Assembly (NCBI RefSeq): GCF_000743755.1
Contig: NW_014569469.1
Span: 1 to 64,000 of the forward strand
DNA from: Blastocystis sp. subtype 4
Taxonomy: Eukaryota
Reading direction: 5' to 3'
Length of the DNA: 64,000 bases
Shown: positions 35,514-47,733 of the stretch, piece after piece
Numbering within the stretch: the stretch's first letter is position 1
Layout of the letters: each line of letters starts with the position of its first letter
The notes under the pieces: model-generated
The model's database searches: none
Seen by the model: the letters and a program-made list of their open reading frames with translations, nothing else
What the model was told of the DNA's origin: nothing
Program-made: the position numbers and the translations under genes

Positions 35514-38162
35514 CTATGGTGCTTCCTCAAAGCAGCCTTTATCACTGTTGTACCGAAACTTAACTTTAACTTCTTCTGGATTGGTATAATACTCTTCTCT
35601 GTAATCTTTATGAGACAACTTCCAGTCCTTCGTATCCTGAGTGATAGATACTTCACTCCATACTTGACATGGGAGTAGACTCATCGATTGTCTACTAGTT
35701 AAGGAATCATAAAAATCCCACAATTTTCGTTTCTCCAGCAAGTTCATTTCTTCTTCAAGACAATGTTTACGATGTTGGAGATAGATGATTCTCTCAATAA
35801 CCTGCTGTTTTCCCTTCATTATCATAGTCCTTTTGGTTTCGAGATAGCCTAATGATAACTTATTCACTTCATTGTTACCATTGACAACTGAGCACATTTG
35901 ATCCTTGTTCTTTAGATTCGCATTCCCTTCTTTGATCATCTTCCTTACATTCTTATTGAACTCTTCAAGTGTTGTTCTTATTTCATCCCTTCTCCATTCA
36001 TCCTGAAACAAATGAACTCCATGTTGCAAGCTATCAACGATACGTTTCAAGTCAGTTATTTCAACTTTCGACACTTCTATACCTGATACACACTTCTCAT
36101 AAATACGAGGCATATCAGAAAGATCTAATACTTGCTTCTGAAGATAACTGGAAACATTCTGAAGTTGCTTTTGCAAATGTTTGGATTTCTTGATTGTTTG
36201 AGTCACACGCAATGCAACTGTTTCATATTCCTTACGAAATAATGAATACGATCCAACAATATCAACAAATTCCTGAAACAGTTTCAGAACAGCTTCTATT
36301 GATGTGATCTGTTCAATCTGCTTATCAAATGAAACTATGTCACATGGAAAAGACTGATCAACCAAATCAAATTGCTGCATGACTTCATCAATCATATCCC
36401 AAATGATCAAATCTTTTTCATTCCATGATAAATCCATTGGTTTTGTTCGATCCTGAAATAGAATACTCCGATTCGAATCCATTAGCTGGATCCTATTCAC
36501 AATCTCAGTAACTCGTTTACAAATATCATCTTTCTTCTGATGAAATACTATTATCCACTCCTTTTGCTGCTTGATTTGATTACATCGATTTTGGAGTACA
36601 TTACATAGACCTATCTTTGATTCATCCGAAGAAAGATAACTTGCCATCATGGAACAATCAGTGCATAACTCATCGTTCTTATTGTACCATGTTTGAAGAC
36701 TTTCAATCCAGTCTTTTGGACTATCTTCAATCTCTATTATCATACTCTCCATCTTCTTCAGTATCTTTAGTCCTTCTAGCAACTACACATGAGTCTACTC
36801 ACTAAAGTACACTTCATTTACTGCTTGATCATATTCCTGCATGTCGTTGTGCAGTTGATCATACCCATCTAGAATATCTCTACTATGAAGTTTCTGAAAA
36901 CGCGACTCAAATGATTCCCACTTCAGTCGAATCTTCTTCATCCATGTCCATTCTGAGCCTACCTCACAAATTCTCTCTATTCCTACTTGTTTCTATTTCC
37001 TTCCTGTACATTTTCATACATTTTTTATTCCTTTCAAATGATTTTCGTACATTCCGTATCATCTGGAGATGCGATGCATGAATGGCAGCTTCACCTGCTT
37101 TTTTCAAATCAATCTTCAGTTGAAAACATCTCTTTTTGACTTGTTCTGCTAATGTAGATGAAGTTAGTGGTTCTGCCTTGATAGCTGCGAAGAGATCTTG
37201 GAGTTCTTGAAGTCGGAGGTCTGAATACTCAGAATATTGATTAAATAGATCTTCAATCTCTTGAGAAGTTTGTTGAATTATTGTTACAGATTCCATTAAC
37301 AATTGAGCTTCCGCTTCGTTTCGTTTCTTCAGCATCAATTCTTTCCGTTGGTTAGACTGATATTCCTCCCTACATTTCAAACACTCTGCTGCTCTACCTT
37401 CGTTTTCGTTTGTTCTCTTCCGAAAAGTAACTATTTCTGTCAAAATCGACATTCACTCGATATTTCTTCTCGATTCCATCCTTCTCAAGAAGACAGTTTC
37501 TCAATTTCTCAATGCATCCAACGAATCCTTCATAAGTGTTGAAGCAAACTGCAACAGTCACAAATAGATTGCCCGGTTCTTGAATCATAGCAATTTCACT
37601 ATTCTCAGAATCACTCCTTCTCCGTTACTTGATTTCTCCAAATGATTGGAACATCAGTCTTAAATCCCCCATAGTATCACTTCCACTAAACCACTTCTCA
37701 GGTAGATTTGACAGAATCACTGTGTCAGGCCGATGACCCACTGAAAGTTCAGTAAATTGTTTACTATCCGTCAGCGAAAAAGCCTTTTCCCATTCTGTTC
37801 GCTGAGGATAAGGAGGTACAATCTCTGCAGTAACTAATATGCCATGACCATTAATTCCGGTTTTTCTTCCATTTAAACAAGAAACAGTACTTATAACAGA
37901 TGATTCACTTGTAAAGAAGTGAATGACCATCAGTTCTCTACAACATCAGATTTCCAACTGTTTTCCACTTAGTTTCAACATTTAAGTCGATGATTGAATC
38001 ACCAAATTCCTTCTTCAAGAATTCTCGGATATCCCATTGTGTAACGGATGGAGATAATGACATTCCATGTAGTTCTTTCATTATTACTCGAACTTGAGTG
38101 ATAGGACGAGCATGAACGCCTTTCACTATCGAAATGGCATTATTACTCCCATCAGAATTCAT
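35514..38162 (-). CDS. AKAP17A/SFRS17A-like splicing factor domain followed by a long coiled coil
   Basis: RPITQVRV..SVTQWDIREFLKK; RPDTVILSNLPEKWF..LMFQSFGEIK; FNTYEGFVGCIEKL. Joining to the 35514-36782 coiled-coil exon is inferred from a short intron-like gap. Confidence 0.65.
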
Positions 38163-38232
38163 CCTCTCTTGATGCCTTCAGTTTAACAACAATCAAGGAA
38201 ATACATGTCGATAAACAAACAGACTTTCTGAC

Positions 38233-40984
38233 TTAAAAGCAGAATGACTCTGGTACACACATAGCCCAATTATGCTTGTTCCTAAGAGCAGTCGTGAAAA
38301 TCTTTTCAATTGGTACTTGATTCTACACATAACTTCCAATAGCCTCCTTCTACTCGTTTGCACCATGCCACAGTGATACGAGGATCCATATAATTGATCT
38401 TACTAGTACCAAGAGCCACAAGCTTATTGTCATCCAAATCCTTCAGTTTTATTGTCATTGACGATAATCGGTTCTCAAATGTCTGAAGACGCTTCGCAAC
38501 ACTGTCTTCAGATGGTTGTGATTTGTACATATGTGAGTATTGTGAGCGCTCAGCTCGTTCCTCCCGATATTTCTGTTTCATTTTCTCCACCTCTTCTGGT
38601 GAGGTTCCTTCAGGAATCTCCAATTTCGGAAGAGGTGTCTGATACTTCTCAGGCATCAGTTCAATCTCCTTCCCATCTTGAACCTGCTTCAACATTTTCT
38701 TCAGCTCCTCCACTTGGTTCTGAAGTACTTCCAGTTGTTTCTTTTTCTTACCCAAATTCTCATCCCAGTTCTTTGGAAGTGACCTCTGATGGTTACAAAG
38801 AATTGCTACTTCTCGATTAGCAGCATTGTACTGAACCACCATTTCCTCGACCGAAGTACCTTCAGGGTATGTAGGCTGTAACTGGCGCTGTAGAGTGATC
38901 GAAGCATTGAATGTTCGGAATACTTTGGCTGTCAAACCTTCCATATAACTTGTCAACTTCTGATTCAATGAATTAGTCGTCAGCAAATGGAACACATCTT
39001 CACCTGGGGTCTTATCTGCACAGAAGCGACGGAGATTCTTAAAAACTTGCTTTCCTCCTTGATACTTCGATAACTATACTTGATAATCAATGATACCTAT
39101 ACGCGAATCACTTGATGATAACGCATTGAATCCTTTGCTAAGAAATCCATCGTTAATGTGTAGGGATCTTCAAACGATAGATGTTCTACACGCAATGAAC
39201 AACAACCCACAGTATCTGCTTCTTCCTCTGATTTCTCGTTTCCTACTCTGAGAGCAAGTTTATCAATGATCCAAATAGCAGTTGCCAGTTGTCTATTCAT
39301 CAACCTCTTTCCCTTTCACATACCGTTCTCGAAGAGAGGTACTCTTCAATTCTTTCAATACAGACTCTCGAACCTTATCGATACAGTTCTTCAACCGACG
39401 AGCTATTTCATACTTCTCCATATCATGTTGACCCTTTAAGAAACTTGTTGTATTCACCCCCATATACTTTCCCATATCTTGTACATTATCAACCCAATGA
39501 GCCATCCAAGAAGTCTCAGGTCGATTCACCAATGTGTCCCAATTATGCCCTTTCATTGGACAGACTGGAATCGCCATGTCCAGATCCACATTCAACTCAA
39601 CCTGTTCAGGAATCACTCTCATTTTCACAGAACCCATCTTTGGATGAAGGCCACGACCTCGGAAGAGTGATGGAGGTTCCACTACGAAATTTCCTGTCTT
39701 TTGGACATTTCCATCAATCAATACATATCCCATTCGCATCTGCAATTGTTGCTTCTCTTCAGCTGTTGCTTTGACTGTGTTCTTTTTCCGTTCCTCTAAA
39801 TACCTTCGAATTGCAGTGAAGTCACATTTATCAAAGGACTTTACAACACTTCCAACACCCATCTCCTCTTTGAAATATGAGAAAAAGTTATCCTTGAAGA
39901 TTTTAGCTGAAGCAGGCTCACGCAATTGAATTGCATCCTCTCCCACCTGACTTATTAAAGTTTCCTTAATCTTACCATAGCATAGAGGGTCGCAATCTCT
40001 TCTTGTTCAGGGGTAAGCTTTACAGGTTGACCATCATAATACAGAGGCACATTATGGGGAGTATAAGGTGGTTGGAATGTCACACCATTATGCTGTAATG
40101 ATGTCCAGAACACACCATTGTCAGTACGTTGATGTTCCCACCACTTGAATGCCTATATCTCCAAGTAGAGAAGAATCAATACTTGAACCGCACGATCGAA
40201 CAGTTGAATTGGAGTCAACGGTTTTGTCTTCTTTACTACGGTCTTTGCCTTCTGTAGTTGATTCTCAACCTTCTCTTCTAGTTCTTCCTTGACACGAACT
40301 CGTCTGTACATCAAGAATAGAGCAGAAATCGTACTTTGATGGAGCAGATGGTGTAGCATGTCGTTTGACAGATTTCTTCGTTGAACCACTATATCTCAAA
40401 TGAGAAACGAATTCAAACGTATCATTAGTGTTCTCTTTCTTCACTGTCGGCCGAGATTTGGCTGAACGTTTGGTTTTGGAAGTATTTCTATTTATTATAT
40501 CAAAGTGATGATGAGACTTAGAGCCATCATTTTCTGAGTCACCATTGGAATCCAAGAAATCATCAATATCATCTTCATCCATCCAATCCTTCTTTACTTT
40601 TGCTCTTGGTTTTCTCTTTGGTGGAGCACGTTTAGTTTTCGAAATTGGTTCTCTAGACCTTATATCGACTACTCTTTCTTACTCATCACTTTCTTCTTTG
40701 ATTTCCTTCTTGACCTTTGGTGATTTCGACCTTGATTTTCTAAAATGACAAGGAATTGTAAATCTCACTTGTTACTAGGTTTCTCATCGCTGCTTTCTTC
40801 TGACTATATATATGATATCTGCAAGGAGAAAAGTACCTCTAATTCCATCTCGTCATTATCAGAGCTGCTCTCTTCCATTTCATTGGCAGACTCGAAGTCA
40901 TCATCAATCATTGTCCTAATAATTACAAATAGATTGGTTGTCTTACTGACTAATGGGAAGGTCATCAGAATCGCTGCTACTCAT
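38233..40984 (-). CDS. TOP1: DNA topoisomerase IB
   Basis: [73 protein letters not shown], catalytic [12 protein letters not shown]; charged N-terminus. Confidence 0.97.
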
Positions 40985-41213
40985 TCTCTAGAGATAAGAA
41001 TAAAGTCGTAACCTAACTGTTCAAAAGGAGGAATCGTGCTATTTTGGGTTTTCAAGTTGGTCTTCAATCATTTGGAATTCCAGGAAACAAGTTTATTTCT
41101 ATTCCAGAAACTAATTCAATTTATGTAATTCCTGAATCTGGAATAGTTCTGTAATCGGGTTGCATTTCACAGATCTGGTTGATTTGCGCATTTAACAAGA
41201 TCGCATTCTTATC

Positions 41214-44174
41214 ATGTCAGATGCTATAAATATCTCTGCATTGGCAGTATCTTATTTGTGTTCTTGGTTAGCTATAGGCTGAAACAGGGTTCACTGAGAG
41301 GGATCTAAAGAACTACCTTCACTACTTCCAGTCTTATGCAAAAGATAAGACTAGTCTAAACGCGTAAGGAGATTCGCAGTAATGATGGTTATTTTATAGT
41401 CTTGAGTTCCGAGAATCTCTCGGCCTTCTTGGATTTGTCAGTGAAACCGTTTTTACTGATTTGCTATTCAATGCATTCAACACCAACAAGGATAACAAGA
41501 TATCATTCGAGGAGTATATTCGTGGTCTTCGTATCTTGACAAGAGGAACTCCAGAGGAGAAACTTGTATTGTTGGTGTATTGGATATAATTAAAGGCTTT
41601 CTCTTTTCGCATGATTGATATTAATGGAAAGGGTTATATAACCTTGTCTGAGTTCGAACTAGTGATGGAGTCAACACAGCGTTTGGTGAATTATGTTGAT
41701 GAGTATTGTTTCTATTTTTCTTTTATCTTAGTATTACCAAATCAGGTCCAGGAAGTGTTGAGATCAATAAGAAGACAACAGAAGTGATCATTTCTTTTGA
41801 ATGATTATTGTAGAAACTCTTTCATGATATGGATAAGGATGGGAATGGTCAAGTAACATGTGATGAATTTGTAAGTTCTTTGAGTAATCAAAATAGTATG
41901 AATTATATTTGAATGACAATTAGATATTACTCTCTGGATGTCTCATATCAGTAATAGTCGTGATCTGATTGGAAAGGAAGATATTACGACACATCTTCCT
42001 TTCTTTGTTCATCGTAATCTTTCGGTAGGAATATGATGGAAGGATAATAAGTAGACCATCAGTCAACAAGCGACAGAAGTATTGAATACTTTGTCAACTG
42101 TGCTCACCATCACGAATTCGATGAAGGCTCGTGCTTCGATGAAATCTCTGGAACTGGAAGTTGGAGAGACTGAAGAGAAATCGAAGGAGACTATTGCTCC
42201 TGCTGAGAATGAAGGTCTTTCAACCGATCCTCCTCTTGAATCTACCAAGAATGAACCAGTTCAACCTGAAACCTCTCCTGAGACAGATCCATCCAAGACA
42301 ACAGAACAGTCGATTCCTAGTACTAGCGTTGAAATCAAGCGACGAACAACACCTGAAGACGAACTCCAACAACTCTCTGAACTCCTCAGACATGCTGTCT
42401 CTCAGCAGTTTAATGTTCTTCGTCGTGTACGCAAGTTTATGGATACAGTATCCTTTCTAAGCATACTTTACTGTAGATGGAACAGGAAGCTTTGGGCCGA
42501 AGTCGTGAATATGAGCACAAACATGCCTTGCCTCCCAATATCCGAAGTTCTCTTGTTGAAGCTAATCATGAACTCACTACTCATCTCGAGGACTCGACAG
42601 CTGTTCTTTCGCAGGAAGCTGAAGAGGATCTACCTATGGAGAAGAAGACTTCAGTCGATTTGAAAGGTAAATTGTAGAGAAGATGGGTTTATGAATAGAA
42701 CAGGTGAAGCGGATGCTTCCTGGTGTAACTGCCGGTATTTACTCACATTGTTAATTACAAATAGAGGCTGTAGATCAAGTATTACAGAGTGAAGATGTGG
42801 CTCAAGCTATGTCTGATTCCAGTTCCGACGAGATGGAAGAAGAAGAGGCGATTACTCTTCAGAACAAGCATCATCCTCTTCAAGGAAATGATAGCAAAGG
42901 TCTGATCGTTCATTTCACTCATGAGAAATGGGATTTGGTTGTGAATATCATGATGGGAATTCGAAAAGCTGTGAGTAATGTGATGGCTGAACCTAATCGA
43001 CCTCTTTGTTCTGATGACTACATCATGAAGGAGAAGATGACTTTAGCACCTCAGAAGTCTGATAAGGATGATCGACGTGTTTGTATTTCGTCCCTCTTTC
43101 ATTCTTAGTCCTGTCGATTTGTTGATTATGCTCCTATGGTTTTCCGAAAACTTCGTGAGAACTGGAATATCCCAACAGAGGAGTATATGCTCTCAGTAGG
43201 TCCTCAACAAATCCTTCGTAGTTCTTCTTTCTATTTCTAATCTTATAGGCAATATTATGCTTGGTTCATTAACCACTCTTTCTGAGTTATGCTCAGAAGG
43301 CAAGTCTGGTTCCTTCTTCTACTACTCAGCAGATGGAAAATACATGGTAAAGACAATTTCTCATGCTGAGCATCGGTTCTTCCGTAAGATTCTTGCTAAG
43401 TATTACTCTCACATTGTTACCAATCCTGACACTCTTCTGGTTCGATTCCTTGGTGCTCATCAGATTCGTTTTGGTCGTCATAGCAAGTTTGGGAGTAAGC
43501 GTATTTACTTTGTGGTGATGGGGAATCTCTTTGACACGCCTTTCAAGATTGAACGTCGTTATGATTTGAAAGGATCATGGGCTGGTCGTTATACACCCGA
43601 TGAAAAACGTGGTGATATCACTCGTGCTTTGAAGGATCTGGATATTATTGATCTTGATCAACATATTCGATTGGATGCTGAGAACACACGTCTATTCAAC
43701 ACTCAGCTTGAGAAGGATAGCAAATTCTTGGCAGATTGTGGAATTATCGATTATTCATTGCTTTTGGGTGTTCATACCATCACTGGTGAGTTACCTCCAG
43801 AACCAGCTCGCGTGTATGGTCGCTATGTGCCGTTCTGGCAGAAGAATTGGGGAGGAGTATTATCTGATGACAAGACGCAGATCTACTATATGGGTGTGAT
43901 TGATATTCTCATTCACTTTAATGCACGAAAGTTCGGTGAGTTGGCAATTAAATCTGTTTATGACGATGCTAAAGGTGTTTCTGTGCAATTCCCGAGTAAG
44001 TATCAGAAGCGTTTCATGAAATTCATGTTACAGTTATCTGATCCTGCTGTAAAGCAAGTGCAGTTGGGAAAGGGCTTCCCCAAGAAGCTCTTGAAGAAAC
44101 GGGAGCAGAAGAAGAAGGAAGAGGAGGAGGCCAGGGATTCTGTGCTAACACGTGTCCCTACAGTAGAAAAGTAA
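41214..44174 (+). CDS. Phosphatidylinositol-phosphate kinase (PIP5K) fused to an N-terminal NCS/CBL-like EF-hand domain
   Basis: LAAETGFTERDL, EF loops NTNKDNKISFEE, DINGKGYITLSE, DKDGNGQVTCDE, RGTPEEKL; kinase GKSGSFFYYS, YDLKGS, LKDLD, IIDYSLLLG, YMGVIDIL. Confidence 0.9.
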
Positions 44175-44266
44175 TTTGCGTGGTTGCTTCGTTGTTTTGT
44201 TTCACACAATGGTTGTATTAAAACGGCATTTTGGCATCACTGTAGTTTATCGCCTGAGTGTGCGAA

Positions 44267-45858
44267 ATGCAGGAAACTGTAGATTTGATGCATGCATAAT
44301 CTAATATATAGATCTCAGAAGGGTCTGGTGGATTCATCGTTTGTTGTCGTGATGTGTAGATTCGGAGACTGGGGAGTACTCAGATTCTGCATCTCTGTAG
44401 ACATTACTGGAAATGGATTATATGTAGGAATTATGAGGAAACCAAAACACCTGTGAATGTAGTCATGATAGTTAACGAATAGACTGCATATGATACGGAA
44501 AACACAATCAAAGTCACATCGATTAAGAAAATGTACAAAGAGCTGACAGATCTTCACATCTGTCAGGAATTGCGAAGACACACGTATCTTGAGAATGATA
44601 TGTGCTGATGTGTAGAAAGGCTATCTGGTGTATGAAGTTCAGTGTGGATCGGAAGTACTTGGCAACGGGAGGCGAAGATGGAGTGATTAATATCTGGAAA
44701 GTGCGTGAGGTGTCTCGGAGAGATTGGCTGGAGAAACGGGACGTTCGGATCTTTGAGGATGCCCCCATTCATCAATTCGCAGAACATACTGTATGAAATT
44801 AATAAGATTCATCATAGTCAGTCCCATATTGTTGACTTTTCTTGGTCCAAGAGTGGATTCTTGCTATCAGCTTCTTTGGACTGTACAGTCCGTTTGTGGC
44901 ATGTTAGCAACGATGAATGTTTATGTGTATTCAAACACAAGTTGGATTGATGGCTTACTGTCATGTAGGGACATGGTAACTTCGGTGGACTTTTACCCTG
45001 AAGAAGAATGTTACTTTCTTACAGGGAGTATGGACAAGAAATTACGAATGTGGTCCATTCCTCAGGGTTGTGTCCTGAAATGGGTACAAGCACCTTCAAT
45101 TATTACTACAGTAACCTTCTGTCCAGGAGGTTTGAGTTTGATTAATGATATTACATAGGCCGGTTATGTGCTGCTGGTCTGTATGATGGTCAGGTGATGT
45201 TCTATTATGCTGATGGACTTCGGTATTTTACTCAAGTGGTTATTGTTTTGTTAGGTTATACGTAGGCAGAATGTCGAAATCGATATGGAAAAGACAAGAA
45301 GGGAAGGAAAGTGACAGGAATCACATTTCTGAAGAAACATGACAGTCAGTGCATGTTGGTGACTACAAATGACAGTCGTATTCGATTGATGTCAATGGAT
45401 ACCTTTGGCCTTATTAGCAAGTACAAAGGTCTGAGTAATCGGAGCATGCAACTACGAGCATCACTAAGTTCAGATAAACGATATATCACATGTGGTTCGG
45501 ATGATGGGAATGTGTAAGGCTATTGAAATAGGTGAATTGTAGGTTTGTATGGAGAACCAAGTGTGATCTGACAGGACGATCTCAAAGTCAGGATGCAGTG
45601 AATCATTATGATTCATGTGAATACTTTCATTGTTGTCTGGATAATGAATCTGTTTCCTCTGTCCTCTTTGTTCCGGATTCTGTGATTGAGAGTTGTCGAC
45701 CAGGAGAACTGGAGAATATGAGTAGCCGTATAGAGGCTTTCCAGAAGAGGGAAGAAATCAGCGAGAAACTCGGCTCCGGATTTGTATTCGTTGTGGGAAC
45801 AACCGAAGGCTATATTCATGTCTTTGATAGTTTTTCATTACCAAGAAAGATGATGTAA
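44267..45858 (+). CDS. WD40-repeat protein, WDR44/Rab11BP-like
   Basis: IWCMKFSVDRKYLATGGEDG, IVDFSWSKSGFLLSASLDCTVRLWH, FLTGSMDKKLRMW, LVTTNDSRIRL. Confidence 0.85.
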
Positions 45859-45863
45859 CATAA

Positions 45864-46583
45864 CTAACTGACCAAAGCGTCAATTACTTGTTGTTTCTTT
45901 AATTCCTTCACTTCTTCATCCGTTAATAGTTTGGCTACCTTTCGATATTCCAGTGCTTCGGTTTCAGGACACTGCATGCATTCCCAGCTCACAGGAATCA
46001 TGGTCGCTCCGGCAGCACTTGTAGCTAAAACGACACCTAAATCATTTCGATCCGTTGAAAGGTAATAGGAACGTTTGTCTCCTCGAGATAGGACTCGAGC
46101 TTTAACAATATCGCCAATTCGGAAGGATTTGTACATAACAACCTTGTCCACTTCGAATGCACGAACATGCTCCTTCTTAATAGTTCCCTTGAAGGATGAA
46201 GAAGCTGCCTTATTGTTCACACATAGAATCCGAAGATAAGCCATTCTGAATGCAAATTCGATTAAAAAAACTACCTTAAGGTTACCATGATCACTCTTGC
46301 CAGCACAATGTCACCAACATCCGGAACAACAAGAGACCGAATCGACTGAATGCTAAGGAGCGGTTTTGAAGCTACGAATAAAACATCAAGACGAAAAAGA
46401 CAATCTGTTTTTGAAATCACTTTTGATCCCAATATTGATGCATATATGATATTATCTTTTACAAATGTGCCTTCACCAGCTTCATATTCATTTACAGAGC
46501 CTAAGCGATCTAAACTCACATACCAACTATTTCTACTCACCTCCAGGGACTACTCGATTTTCCTGAGACTGTTCGACTTCCAT
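45864..46583 (-). CDS. CSL4: Exosome cap subunit Csl4/EXOSC1
   Basis: VVPG.RLG..AGEGTF, VPDVGDIVLARV, FKGTIKKEHVR..SFRIGDIVKARVLS, NDLGVVLA, MQCPETEALEYRKVAK. Confidence 0.95.
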
Positions 46584-46603
46584 CCAAAGTAGTAATGGAA
46601 TTG

Positions 46604-46611
46604 AACAAACA
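46604..46611 (-). terminator. TGTTTGTT element of cytidine deaminase
   Basis: T of TAA + 4 nt + motif. Confidence 0.75.
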
Positions 46612-46613
46612 CA

Positions 46614-47715
46614 TTATACGATCAATTGTTCGTGAATAAACTGGATTTCATGGTCTTCATTCAGGTTTTTGCCCAATACTTCACCAAACGACTTGTAAGA
46701 GAATGGGCTTGAAGCAGCTTCGACAATTATGATCATATCAAGGTCTTTATAATCAATCCGATCGATTTGACATCCAATCACGGCCATCTACAATTGGATC
46801 ACTCATTCGTGAGTACCTGACAACAATTCACAGTGGGATTATATGCTGATGACTCAACATTACATCCCATTGTATATTTGCCATCTCTGCAAACAAAGAC
46901 AGCAACAGAACCACTTCCAGAATAGCATCCAAAGCTCTCTGAATAGACCTTCATTGCTTCTGTGAATATCTATTCTCATCAGAAGAATGGTAGACATACT
47001 TGAGTCCATTTCTCCTTAGTGAATTGAACTATTTTCTGTTCTTTGACTACTCTTTCAGTTAAGGATGGAACCGATTGCAATAACACATTCACATCTGTAA
47101 TCCGTTCCTTCTCTAACAAGTGATGAACAACCCCATCAACAGGCAATTCAAACCTTCAAATAACAAGAATATCGGACATGTACGAATAAGGAAGAAGACT
47201 TCCTAAGTCACAATCCATTCCTTGAGATTTCACAATTACTCGCACATCTTTTGCATGAGATAATTCTTGTAGAATCTGTCTGCAATGTCCACAGGGTGTT
47301 TCTGTTACTAGAGATGAGAATTCCACGAAGACTCAACCAGCAAGGATATTAACGGTATCTTCTCCATTTTTAGGAGAATGCAAATACATGTTCGAAAGAG
47401 CACATTGCTCAGCATGAATCGTCTTCAATAAGAGTATCTACAGCAACCATACATGGTTAATGGCGGAATTAAGGATCTCAATGTTTGTTCCCAAAAAGAT
47501 TCGACCACTCTTTGTGTAGATTCCTGCTCCTACTTGGAAATGAGAGATAGGAACACGTGCAAAGGATCGTATCTATTGATAATCATCCATAGTAACCTGA
47601 AAACTCGTTCAATGAGACATTGGAGAGCATCTTCAATACAAAGATGATTCTTCTCAATATACTCGTCAACCTCTTGTTTGTCATAATAGAACTTCAAGTT
47701 CTGTAAGTCAATCAT
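46614..47715 (-). CDS. CDA: Homodimeric (two-domain) cytidine deaminase
   Basis: RVPISHFQVG..GTNIE, TIHAEQCA, PCGHCRQ zinc motifs; second domain GCNVESSAYNPT. Confidence 0.85.
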
Positions 47716-47721
47716 TGTATA

Positions 47722-47729
47722 AACAAACA
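47722..47729 (-). terminator. TGTTTGTT element of NDC80
   Basis: In-frame TA + 4 nt + motif. Confidence 0.8.
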
Positions 47730-47733
47730 CTGA

